Notes under the pieces: model-generated
What the model saw: the letters and a program-made list of their open reading frames with translations, nothing else
The model's database searches: none
Told to the model about the DNA's origin: nothing
In this document: positions 21,930-34,860 of the stretch, in pieces
How the letters are laid out: each line of letters begins with the position of its first letter
How positions within the stretch are numbered: the stretch's first letter is position 1
Translations under genes and position numbers: made by a program
NCBI RefSeq assembly: GCF_964355755.1
Contig: NC_092674.1
Location: 18,476,001-18,540,000, forward strand
From: Antedon mediterranea
Lineage: Eukaryota; Animalia; Echinodermata
Length of the DNA stretch: 64,000 nt
Direction of reading: 5' to 3'

Positions 21930-23263
21930 TTCATTTATTAAGGTATAAAAAAACCAGCAGCAAGAGCTGAAAAGGTTGGATTACAATCATAAACTGAGAA
22001 GTAAAATACATCATAAGAGATCTAAACTAAACATTAAACTTAAACTTAAAGGATTCGTGCTAAGTGCGGAATAGTAGACCGCCTATATCTTTCTGTACGA
22101 CATCTGCAAGAATCCAACTTTGAGCTAGTATTGCTCCTTAACGATCTTGAATGCCTATCAGAGTTATATGCTGGTAACATATTTCTAAATTTGGTAGATT
22201 CTAAAAGACTCTTGCCAAACTTGAGAAGAATCTGTTCTCTACGGGACTTTAAAGAAGGCAAACCCACTTGCTCTAAGGCTAATTTATAGCTAACATAATG
22301 TGGGCTCAAAATTATGCGCAATGCCCGTTTTTGAATTTTTTCTATTAAATTAGATTGCTGAACAGTTAATGATGAATGCCAAACCTGGCAGGCATATTCC
22401 AGCACAGGTCTGATATATGATGTAAATACTGTAACCAGGTCACTGACTGGTGCACTAGACCTTTTCAGAATACATAGTGAGAATAGTCTACGCGAGGCTC
22501 TTGATGTTATATCATTAACATTTGAACCCCATTTGAGGTCATTTTGGATTATTACACCAAGCAGTTTTAACTTGCTAACCATTGGAAGATTAAAATTATC
22601 AATAGTGTATACTAAATTAAGCTGCCGTTGCTTTAAAAAGTTAAATTCAATTACTTGGCATTTAGCTGGTTTAGGTAGAACATCATTAGATGCACACCAC
22701 TCACTGACACTGTTAAGGACACTTTGTAAGTTGGAGGAAGCACCACATTTGGTTACTTCCCCTAGAGTCAGGTCATCCACAAATTTCCAACGCCTACAAC
22801 TTTCAATGGCAGCATCATTTACTAGAACCAAGAATAGTATGGGTCCCAGTTTGGTTCCCTGTGGTACCCCACAAGAGATTGATTTGGTGGAAGAAATGTG
22901 CGTGCCAAGTTTGGTAGTATGAGTTCTTTCACAGAGAAAGCTGCAGACGATGGAAACAATGGATGACCTAACTCCAAGTTTAATTAATTTATCTATAATA
23001 ATTGTATGATTAACTCTATCAAAGGCCTTAGTAAAATCAATTGTACAGAGTTCAACTGATTGTTTGGGCTTGTCAAGACTTTCATAAACATAATTTAACA
23101 TATCCACAAGATAATGTATAGTAGATGAACCTTTAGTATTACCATACTGCTTAGTGTCTAATTTATTATCAATATCCTCAATAATCTATTTGGCAATAAA
23201 TGCTTCAAAAATCTTAGCAAAGACCGGCGTCAATGATATTGGACGAAAATCATCAAAAGAGCG
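21893..23263 (-). mobile_element. 5'-truncated LINE (CR1/L2 supergroup), RT ORF of 353 aa still open
   Basis: FRPISLTP, QYG, IDFTKAFDRV, GVPQGTKLGPILF, KFVDD, IRPVLEYACQVWH; (TAAA)n tail at 21893-21940. Confidence 0.93.
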
Positions 23264-24116
23264 GATCTTGTTTTGTTTTGGAACTGGAACTTTTGAAGCA
23301 GTTATACAGATTTATTAGAGAGAATGAATGTACGCCATGCAATTGTTCTTTTGAAGATATGGATATACTGTACTTAACAAAGTATAGCATCGCTATTCTT
23401 TCAAAGGCTGGTACCTCAACAGAACATAGCGTGCTTTTCAGATAGAAGGGTTTCCATTTGAATTCTGATTTTACCAACATAGCAAACTAACTGGGCTTGC
23501 TTGAGCAATTCAGCATTTGTGATAATTAACACTATACTATTTTACTATTTATTTTGGTGTACAACTGCCGAAAAATGTATTATTAGAAAATAGATTAAAT
23601 CACCCGCGAAAAACCATGTTACTCTATTTGCTCAAACTCATGAAAAATAATTGTCACAGATGTAACAATAAAAACGCCAACAAACAATGCCATATACATG
23701 GCTGCAGTCGCGTGCTCGAACGACCGATTCACCCACCAACCGACCGACTCACCCACCAACCGACCGATATAATGAGTTGTAGAGTCGCGTTGCACGCGAC
23801 TAAAAATGTTTTAACAATCACATGGTCAATATCATCAATGGTTTTTTGTTAATTCATGCATTCATTCATTTACTTAAATTCGGATAGTATATCTATATAC
23901 AAAACATACAAAACAAAAGAAGAAAAACAATTTCACCAGAAAATGACTTACGATATTGCAAATTAAATAGAAGGTAAAACTATAAATGCATATATAAAAA
24001 TAATGAGTATGATAGTAGAAACATTCACCTTCATCTGAAAAAGTTTACAAACGCAATTTCGTCATAAAAAGAAAAAAAATCCGAATTCTTCCACTTTCAT
24101 TAATAAAAACATATAT

Positions 24117-24428
24117 TTATTTATTTTTTTTTTTTTATTTAATTTTGATTTATATAGTGCTTTTCCAAGTGACCAAAGCGCTGTACAATTGATAATACTA
24201 AATACTCAACTAATACTTACAAAAACAAATATAGAAAATGGAATGAAAATACAAATATATATATATATATATATAAAAACTATGAGGGCCTATACAAAAA
24301 GTTACCGTAATTTCATTAACATTATTTAGGAAAGAGATAGGTTTTTAACATTTTCTTGAAATATTGCACATTTGGGGCTTCACGAATATAAGATGGTAAG
24401 TTATTCCACAATCTAGGACTGATGTAAA
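24117..24428 (-). mobile_element. L2-type LINE 3' end
   Basis: SPRLWNNLPSYIREAPNVQYFKKMLKTYLF, CAGCGCTTTG 3' motif and A-rich tail. Absent from the paralogous site at ~27760. Confidence 0.8.
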
Positions 24429-25528
24429 TGGATGGTTTAGTATCGGCGTTTATAATTTCCATTTTTTATAAGTGTAGGTACTAGAGAATATTGTTTTTAA
24501 CAGATAAGCCTATAAAATAAAAATAGTATCTCTATTTACATTAAAGGCCTTCATTCGTATAATAGAATGCATTAGACACTGACACAATTGTTTTGTAATA
24601 CCCTAATTTATTTTGGTATTCAATGTTAACCTATAAATTAAAATATAAGCGTATTGTCTCAATCAGATAGTTGACACGCAACACATATTGTTTCCCTTGT
24701 CAGGGAAATTCAATACACTTTATATACGTCATTAAGGTAGACCTTATCTGCTCCAAATTTACATTAATATATGAATTTCACAACGTGTTGGTTAAAAACG
24801 GCACCATCTGGATACAACTGATATTATAATAATTTCATTGATCACTAATTGATACCAATTGTTATTACAATTATGACGAAGGCATTGGTCTCTGATATAC
24901 GTGCATACAGATAACTTCGTTTGTCGACAGACGTTTCCACCTGGCCTTTTACCACCCAGTCTATAGCCACCCTTTTCCCTTTCGCCAACCGGTCTCCAGA
25001 CACCTTGTCTTTTGCCACTCAACATTTTTCCACCTTAGGCCGGTCTTTTCTGAAAGTTAATTTTGATCAGCAATTGAATAACATTTTGTTCTTCTTATTT
25101 ACAATTATATCAGTTGTCCCGTTGAAAGAACAAAATGTTTTTATCATTTTTTTAGAACCAAAAATATTTTATAAGAGTAAGTACTAGAGAATATTGTTTT
25201 TAACAGATAAGCCTATAAAATAAAAAATAATATCTCTATTTACATTAAGGCCTTCATTCGTATAATTGAATGCATTAGACACTGACACAATTGTTTTTGT
25301 AATACCCTAATTTTTTTCTTTGGAATTCAATGTTAACCTATAAATTAAAATAAAAGTGTATTGTCTCAATCAGATAGTTTGCAAAAGCATATTTTATAAT
25401 TCTCACGAATCGAACAATTAGAAATTTAAATTGATTTTGTATACTCTACTGTAATTTATTTTACCATTTTGACCATTGTAGGCTTAGTCAAATCCTTATG
25501 GCTTAGTCCAGGATGCATAGACCTATAA

Positions 25529-25983
25529 TCTATATACAGTATAAATTTACGTAAGGGCAAAATTCGGTAAATCGCGCGTTACTTCTAGAATATTTACTCG
25601 ATGGTATATAAAGTTGGCTAGAATTTCGGTACTGATTTTAACCACCTGATGTAACCCTGTTTACTAATTAGATTGAGTTAGATAATTAGTTATTGACAAT
25701 TAAAACAAATTTAGGTTCAACGATTTGCCCCAAATAGGGGTGTTTTCCGATCGTGGTATACACTGTCTAATGGATGTCCTCTTGAAAAATACCTGCACCC
25801 AATAATACGAGAATGCTTCACATTTTCCTATCTCCTCCTACGATAATTGTTTTTAATAGCTGAAAACCGATTGAATAGGGAGTACAGTATCATAATGTTG
25901 AAGAAAAAATACTATTATTATATGTATTGATTTGCGATGAATGGAACATTCCAATCTGTCAGACTCCCGGTTTGTAGGTAAAT
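25529..25983 (+). mobile_element. Helitron-like 5' fragment
   Basis: A|TCTATATAC..TATAAATTTACGTAAGGGC; absent from the paralogous site at 33640. Confidence 0.75.
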
Positions 25984-28658
25984 TCTCTTTCCGTGCTAAA
26001 CACAAACCTTTCTCGTCTTGTGGCCTTAATAATTATAGATTTGTTTTGTTAAAATATTGTTATCTTAAATAGACATGAACATAATATGTATACTAATTTA
26101 AAGAAAGTAACATCATGTATGTCCACGCTGTTTACCACTTTGTTTGTATTTAAATAAATTTATACCAATTGTGTCACTGTGCTTTGGAAACTCAATCTCG
26201 TGTCCATCAAGGATCGAAGAAAACTTCATAGTCCTTGTCTTTTTTCTATTGTAATTAATGAAAAAAGAATTTTCCTACTTTCTATATCCCTCTTGCCGCT
26301 GGCAACTGTCTTATAAATATCATTTTTAATGCCGTTCCTGCCATTTGGAACAATCTCCCAATTCACATCCGAATTACTAATAATTATCATTATTATTATT
26401 AGTTAGCATTAGCATAAGCTTTTAATTCTATAAGGGAGATCAAATTAGTGAAACTAAATAATGACCTTAAAAATTTGGATAAGTCTGCAACATGGGAACA
26501 TTTTATAAATGCTGATGTTAATGAAAAAACTACTATAGTTTTAGGGGGGATATTAACTTGGATCCTAGTAAAGCTGTCTTGACAGCATTTGACAAATACT
26601 GTAAGAATTTTCTTAAAGTTGCCTGGAAAAAAAGATCCGAGTTAAAAAAGAGCTAATTTGCATTGTTGCTTTATAATTTTGTTTATTAATTTTCACTATA
26701 TATTGTATTTAATGTTGCAGAGAAAGACTGTTGTACATCTCTGTAAATCTTTTTAAATTACTATTTGTGTTTACTGTATTCGTTGATTTTAAAGTTTATT
26801 TTCATACTTTAATTTGTTAATTTTTTTTTATTTATTTTTTTTTTTACAAATGCTAAGTTTGGTTTATTTTAGGCCTTTCATATTATTAATTATTTTATCA
26901 CTGTAAACAACACTTAACTGTTACATGGAGGTTTCTTCTTAAAAATTTATATCCATTATAACTCTCAAAACATAAATCATGATTGTTCTAAGATAAAAAT
27001 GTTAATAAAATACAAACATAAATAAAAAAAAAAATAGTACCACTGTAAATAAATTACTAACCACGATTAACTTTCATAATAATACAGTATTAACAAGAAC
27101 ATAAATAATAAAATAATAATAAATATTATAAAAGATTATAAATTTAATAATATCCTCAATAATAGCCTAATAAAATTTCTTTAAACAATAAGATATTAAT
27201 AATGTTGATAATAATAATAATAAATAAATATACTTATATAGGCCTATAACTCCATCAAAAGTTAAGTGTTGTACTTTTTTTTTCACTATTGTATAATTGT
27301 ATAATAAAAAGATATTACCTATACGTTGGCCTTGATTCCTCGAAAGACGCTATGCGTCTTCGACACATTCCCGACGTCAGGTTCGCCAGTTCCTCTTTTA
27401 TATACGTACAGGCTCTCTTCTCTCAGACGTGCTTTGAGATTTGAGCATGCCGAATCCTAGTTTACAAATTCCTATTTTTTAGCCTTAGTAGGCTACTATA
27501 TACAGTTTCCTAATGCTTTCGTCCTCTTGAATATAACTGCGGCACGAAAAAATACAAAATGTTAATGTCAATGTTTTTATGATCAATATCATCAATGGTA
27601 TTTTGTAAATGACCCACAGTATTGCAAAATTTTAAGAAGGTCAAAGTTTAGGCCTATATAAAAATGAGTAATATACTGACAGTAGTAACATTCACCTTCA
27701 TCTGACAAAGTTTACAAACGCAATTTCATCATAAAAACGAGTTCTTGAACTTTCATATTTATTGGATGGTTAGTATCGGCGAAAATAATTTCCAATTGTT
27801 GAGTATTTTTTCTAACTAGAGTTTTTAACAGATAGGCCTATAAAGCAAAATATAATATATCTATTTACATTAAACGCCTTCATTCGTCTATTATTAACAT
27901 TCACCAAGACACTTCCATTAAAATTCATTTTTATTTGTTTACAGTTAAAAATTCTGCATTTTACTTTATTATTTTTTGAAATGTATAATTAAATATTTCT
28001 TTATAAAAATTCTATATACAATTTTTTTGTAATACCCTAATTTATTTCCGCATTCAACAAGTTAGCCTATAATTTAAAGATATTATGACCGTAATGTGCC
28101 AATCTGATAGTTGACACGCAACACATTTGTTTTGCTTGTCATGGAAATTACTATATACATTTCACAATGTGTTGGTTAAAAACACCACCTGGGTCAATAA
28201 TTCATTAGCAAAATATGACACAAATAATAAGTTGTTTTGACTAATTGATACCGATTCTTATTACAATTGCGACGAAGGCACTGGTCTCTGTTGCACGTGC
28301 ATACAGATATAACCATTTGTTGGCAAACGCAAATTACGTAACAAAATGTTTTAACAGTATTCATATAATTTACATCATTTTTAGTTCCTGTAGTGGTTCT
28401 ATATTGGTTTCCCCTAGTACATTTCCTCTGGTATTTTTCCCTGGACATCTTTTCTCCTATAAAATTCTATTGTCTCTTTCATTTTGGAGATAATGAAGAA
28501 AACATCAAAATACCTCTTAATTTGAATATAATTGAATAACCCGTTCATGTCATAAATGAGAATTTGTAAACTCGATTGAGATTTATGAATATGACTACCA
28601 TGCAGCGGTTGAACGATTTTGTATTTTCGTCCTTTGATTGGTTGACGCGAATCAACAC

Positions 28659-31600
28659 TAGTACAGGAAAACTATGAAATATGGTTGAAAAAATAGCAAC
28701 AGAATTTATTTCACCACAATGCATTTCTATAAGGTCCCTATATGAACATACTAAAAGTCTAGAAAAATCCAAGTAGGGGAAATAGGTTTTTTTAAACAAA
28801 ATGGCCGCCAATGGCGAAAATTCCTAAAAAAGGACAAAAAAACATAAATGATAGATCTAATTACCACTTTATAACAGTTTTTACAATGGTTTATATATTT
28901 CTTTACAATTTCGAAGATCTGACCTACAATAAACACATTATTTTAAGTGCTGTTAATTAGAAAATGGCCGAAAAACAAATGTTTAAGTATCTAGATATAT
29001 CCCTATTGTTATAATAATATATAAAACGCAGTCCTTCCTATGCTTAATACATAGGATTACGGTGTCTATTAATAAATCAGTTCATTCACATTTGTACTGT
29101 TATAACAATATATTACAACATTGGTGGTGCCAGTGGGGAGGGGTATAGGGATGGGAGATCAAATGGGAAGGGTGAGGGAGTCTGTCCGTCCCCCCATCCC
29201 CTCTCCACAATTGGCTATTTTTTATGTAGACAATAATATGATGATATTTCCTAAAATAAAACAATACCCCATTGAGTGCTGTTTCAAGGATTTTCATTTT
29301 TAAAAGTGAGTAAAACTACCCTTTACCGGTATAATATTATCGGAACCTCTGGGTGCGCTCCCATTGATTGGCCAGCCAATTGATGCTGGCTGCGCTCTCC
29401 ACCCCTCTCCCCCCCCCCCCTCATCGGGAAAATCCTTGCGCCACAATCTATTACCGTATTTATTCGGATAAACGCTACATTTAGAAAAATCGAATAAATT
29501 CCCCCCTACCCCTCCATAGGACATCATTTTGAATAACCTACGCCACCGCACCCCCTCCCCCGCTACCATCGGACATCATTTTGAATTTATTTCCTCGAAT
29601 GTACGCCCCGCCACATGCATATTATACACAATATTGTATTTTAACACATCTCTATTTGTAATAGAATTCACTGAATGGTGTTGTATTTGTTCATATCTAA
29701 AGGGTGTATTTATTTGATTATACACGTTTCCCACATTACACCCACAAAAATATACGCCTCTCCGAATAAACTCCTCACGACGATTACACGCCCCCACTAC
29801 CCTCCTTAAAAATCAACCACCAAGGGCATTTATTCAAATAAATGCGGTAATTTCACTTTCATCTTGTCAGTATCTCATCCTCCATCTATTGGTGGGGAAT
29901 TGAGCATGTGCTGATGCCGTGGCATTCTTAAAAAATAGTGGAGCAGCAGTCCAAACCATATTTTCTGCAACGGCAATTCATTTTACTACAACCTTATTTA
30001 TAGGTACATCTAATCAACTTTAATAGTTTCTCTGGTGCTGGTAGTCAATTTGTCATCAATACTTTCCATCCCTAGTCTGTGGGTTGAAGAGTATTTCCTA
30101 TCCACTGCTATACCTGGTAATAAAGACTCACGAAATGAAATTTTGCAGCAAGGGAATAGATTTGCTTTTTGCAACTTTCTCAAAGAAAAGAGGCTGTCTA
30201 AAGTCTCCATTGACTTCCCTCCATAATATATAGGTACCAATGCCAAATTCCTGATGCAATGTTTTCTTTTTTTTTTGGAAACTGTTTGGTTTACAGAACT
30301 TGACATACAACTCCTACTGTGATGTGATGATTTTTAAGACCAACACCTTTTCCTAAACCAAATTTACTTACGGCCCATAATTATAGCCATTAAACACAAT
30401 AGTTTACTTTGCCTTCATATAACGTAACAAACATACATGGTACATAATAAGTGTCTTGAAATGTTGCTGTTTCGGGCCAAGAGGTTTGATGTAGCAAACA
30501 GTGGGCAGTGAGATGAAGGTTTCTGAGTAGTCTAGCAGTGTGTATGGAGTCAATGGAGTAAAAGAGGGCTGCAGGAAAAGTATAAGATTTTTTTTTTGAC
30601 CAAATGATGCATTGTGTATGACTGTCTCACATAGATGATGAAATAGTATATGTGAGGGAATGTGCACTGCTTCTTTATTGATGAATATGGTTGGTTTGAC
30701 CCATGTGTTCTTTCCTCTTAAATTTATATTCTGTCACGGTTGCTTCATTCATTGATTTAATACTGTATGTTCTCGATGGGGGAGCACTGTGAATGCATGT
30801 AAAGTCTGTCCTTGGTGTGAAGCTCTGTAAAAATTAGTTTGCTTTTTATACATGGAATCCAGGGATATGATACTACATCCCATCTATTTGGTGTAGGAAA
30901 AGGTCTTAAAAAGTCTTAACACCTGGGCAGTCGTATGCTTACAAACTCTGTAAAACCAAACGTCTCCAAAAAAAAAAAGAACCCATCGCATCAGAGGAAT
31001 TGGCATTGGTAGCTATACTGTATGGAGGAGGAATACGTTCTGGGAGAAAGTAGCAAAAAGCAAAACAGCACTTGAAATAAAGTCTATTCCCCCTACAACA
31101 AATGCTGCAAAATGTCATTCCCTGCGTGTATATTACCATGGTACAGCAGTGGATAGAAAGTACTCTTCAACCCACAGACTGGGGGATGGAAAGTTACAAA
31201 TGGCGTGATGTGTCCATTGATGACAAATTTACCACCAGTACCACTGTTTGTGACGAATACCACGGCATCAGCACATGCTTAATTCCTACCTATAGACAGA
31301 GGATGATAACTGGACAATGAAAATAAATGGATTAATAGATTGTAAGATTGTATAATTCTATTGTAAATGAGCTGTTTTATTAGACACCGTAGTCCTGCAT
31401 TATAATGCATAGGACTACGTTGTCTATTATTATAACCGTGGTGATATCTTGATACTTAAATGTGTGTTTTTGTTGCTAAATAGCATTTAAATTAATATGT
31501 ATATTGCAGTTTAAATGTTTGACACTAAAGAAATATAAAAAGCATTATAAAAACTGCTATCAAGTGGTAATTAGATATAAAATATATGTTTTTTGTTCAT

Positions 31601-31782
31601 TTTTATACATTTTTCGCCATTGGCGGCCATTTTGTTTAAAAAAACCTATTTCCCCTACCTGGATTTTTCTAGACTTTTAGTATGTTCATATAGGGACCTT
31701 ATAGAAATGCATTGTGGTGAAAAAAATTCTGTTGCAATTTTTTCAACCTTTTACTGATTCTGAGCATATCTTTCCTGTACTA
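28659..31782. mobile_element. Academ-like DNA transposon derivative with long inverted arms and 3-bp TSD (CAC)
   Basis: CAC|TAGTACAGGAAA ... TTTCCTGTACTA|CAC; ~430-bp inverted ends. Transposase remnants LFIHGIQGYDTTSHLFGVGKG and PTTNAAKCHSLRVYY..QQW..PTDWGW. Confidence 0.8.
29454..29847. mobile_element. Tc1/mariner-pogo-type MITE nested in the Academ-like element
   Basis: TA|CCGTATTTATTCGGATAAACGC ... GCATTTATTCAAATAAATGCGG|TA. Confidence 0.75.
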
Positions 31783-34120
31783 CACGCGGAAGAATTTTCT
31801 CGCGTGTGCCGTGAAAGTCGCGTTGTCTCTCAGGATTGTCCAAACACAGAAAATAATGTATTTACATTCTTTGAATGAGGTTAAATAAACACCTTTTTTA
31901 TTTAATAAACATGTAATATCATATTTTATTGAATTTTACAATTTTGATATACAAAATATATTTTACTAAAATAATGTAATTATTATCGAAAAGTTCATAG
32001 AACTGCCGAATGAGGGCGCAATTTGTTCACTTCGTTCGGTGATATTTTAGCCCCTATATTTCAAAAACCACAAGTCAGATTTTTATAATTCTTTCTTTAT
32101 TATAATATTACTACAAAATACTAACAGGCAATGTATAATTTGTTTGAAAGTTGTTAAATTTTATTTTACATTCTTATGTGGGTCGTACATAGTACGTAGT
32201 TTAGTTACGTTTATGATTATATTGTTGTTCTGTACAGTAGGCCAGACTATATTTACGTTTCACAAAATGTTTGCTACTAATAGTTCAACAAAAATAATTG
32301 TCAATATTTCTAAAGAAAGAACAATAATTAAACTGTTACGTCAAAAAGTTGAGCGGAAATATTGAAAAATGTCCAGGAGGAAACCAGTCTGCTCCCTCCA
32401 AGAGCTATAAACCTATATTCATCACAAAAATGTAACATGTCTGTGCTAACGAAAATAACAGCTAACGAAAAACGTGTGCATTTTTGGTTATGTATTTTAT
32501 CCAATATTAAAGCTGTAAATCCCCTTTTGAAGATTTGGAAGGCTATTCCTGGTATACTATACAAAATGATTGCGTTTTTTTGTATGGTATCAACATAAGT
32601 GAAATCAGTCTCAGATTGAAAAATATACTTATTTAATTTTTAAAAACTAGAATTAGATTTGTTTTAATGAAAAATAAAAATTATATAAATGTGTTGTTTT
32701 TCTGCATATATTCATTGTATTTTATCTGTAAATTGTTTTTATCATGCTGAAATAAATTAAATCAAATAAAATTACGTTTTCATGATTATTTTTTCATTAT
32801 TAATTTGTTTCAATTGCAATTTCTGCTTTTTAGTTTATTATGTTTGAAATGTATAATTATATACCATTATTTTGTAATAGCCTAATTTATTTCAGCATTC
32901 AATGGTAACCTATAAATTAAAATATAAGCGAATTGACTCAATCAGATAGTTGACACGCAACACATATTGTTTCCCTTTTACATACGTCATTGAGGTAGAC
33001 CTTATCTACTCCAAATTTACATTAATATGAATTTCACAACGTATTGGTTAAAAACGGCACCATCTGGATCAATAATTCATTTAGTACAATATGATACAAC
33101 TGATATTATTATAATTTCATTGATAACACAATTGATAGGCCTACGAATTGTTATTACAATTATGACGAAGGCATTGGTCTCTGATACACGTGCATACAGA
33201 TAACTTCGTTTGTTGACAGACGTTGCCACCTGGCCTTTTACCACCCGTCTATAGCCACCCATTCCCTTTCGCCAACCGGCCTCCAGACACCTTGTCTTTT
33301 GGCACTCAACATTTTTCCTAGGCCGGTCTTAATTTGATCAGCAATTGAATACAATTTTGTTCTTTGTGTTTTTTGTCAGAACCAAATTTCTGTTAATAAA
33401 TTGCTTGTTTATGGCTTAGACACAGATGCTTAGGCCTAAGGTGTATAGGGCTAATTTCGATGAGTTGTTATTACGTGTTAATATTCTTTGCTAAAAGCAT
33501 ATTTTATAATTCTTACGAATCGAACAATGACTTATTAAATAAGTTTAAATTGATTTTGTAAACTCTACTGTAATTTATTTTACTATTTTGACCATTGTAG
33601 GCTTAATAAAACCCTTAGTCCAGGACGCATAGGCCTATAATATTTATAATAACTCTTTCCATGCTAAACACAAACCTTTCTCGTCTTGTCGCCTTAATAA
33701 TTATAGATTTTTTTTTGTTAAAATATTGTTATCTTAAATAGACATGAACATAATATGTAATGTGTTTACTAATTGAAAGAAAGTTGTAATTATTAAGGAA
33801 AGTTGCACCTCTCTTTTAAATATCATTTTTAATGCCGTTCCTGCCATTTGGAACATGCAATCTCCCAATTCACATTTGAATTATTAATAATTTTCATAAA
33901 ATAAATTCCCTTTTGGTAATTTAGAAGGCTATCCCTGTTACCATACAAAATTATTTTTGTTTTATCTATATTTGTTTTCTTGACGTAATAACGTGTGGAA
34001 GACAGTCTGCAAGATATTGATAATGTTTACCGAAGTCATTGTTACTAAATGCTTAAATTTAATAACCGCCGTTATCAATAGCAACAACAGATACTGAACA
34101 GCTTTTCCAATACGATTGCC

Positions 34121-34171
34121 CTTATAAATTAAATTGGATTTACCGAAACAACACTTTTAATTAAACGAAAG
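34121..34171 (+). promoter_or_regulatory. Putative TATA box and short non-coding first exon of gene B
   Basis: TATAAA at 34123-34128; strong donor AAAG|GTAAGT at 34171/34172; acceptor ttgttccag at 34342, 8 nt before the ATG. Confidence 0.55.
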
Positions 34172-34350
34172 GTAAGTGATCGTTTTTTAAATATATGTAT
34201 AACGTATATTTTATAGTTGTTCTATTTTGTCTATTATACATGAATGTACAAAAAAAGCAATTATGCCTATATAAGAATATTTGTGAAAAAATTATAAATT
34301 AGTTACAGGGACAGTAGCCTAATGGTATTTTATTTGTTCCAGACTGAAAC

Positions 34351-34729
34351 ATGACAACAACTTTCATTTTACTTATACATGGTCTTTTGCTAGTCCATGG
34401 ATTCACTGACCCACCGCCATACCAAATTGACCCCATGTTTCTTAAGAACGAGATGGTTATAACTGGCGCATATCCAGGTGGTATCGACTACCTTGGTATT
34501 AGCTATAACCTACTGTATGGTAATCCAGATGGAAGCCCAACGACTGCTGCACAAGACCCTGGACTTCGGCCAACATGGAAAGTATTTGAATGGACCTTCA
34601 ATAAAGGTTCAACGCCAGACCAAGTTGTTTACTCAGCATCTTCAACCTGTTCGTCAGTCAAACAGCTAGAATTGTTCCACAACGCATATGCATATGCCTC
34701 TAAATTTGAAACAGATGTCAGCTTTTCTG
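34351..34729 (+). CDS. Gene B first coding exon
   Basis: MTTTFILLIHGLLLVHG..GIDYLGISYNLLYGNPDG..QDPGL..TPDQVVYSASSTCS..TCT G|gtaggc. Confidence 0.92.
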
Positions 34730-34825
34730 GTAGGCCTAAACACACATTTTCTTTCTTTTTTTCCCATAAAGTTTTACCTTTATGCGCCTTGAGCACTCTG
34801 GAGTGGTATGTGCGCTATAAAAATC

Positions 34826-34860
<35 letters not shown>

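Larger units (their letters stand above)
23815..26390 (+). repeat. Local segmental duplicate of intergenic / gene B upstream sequence
   Basis: 24590-25090 matches 32870-33365. 25380-25528 plus 25985-26380 match 33490-33890. 23815-24910 matches 27575-28310. 25180-25378 repeats 24478-24670. Confidence 0.85.

Noticed and set aside
21421-24711. NF-kB-like words (GGGATGTTTC at 21421, GGGAAATTC at 24703)
   Set aside because: Short degenerate motifs are expected by chance. There is no clustering or conservation evidence.
26410-26660. Possible 3' end of another LINE ORF
   Set aside because: Too degraded; no diagnostic motif could be read with confidence.
27338-27362. Hairpin GAAAGACGC-TAT-GCGTCTTC as a second ribozyme
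   Set aside because: No hammerhead core (CUGANGA or a compensatory variant, plus GAAA) in the right arrangement on either strand.
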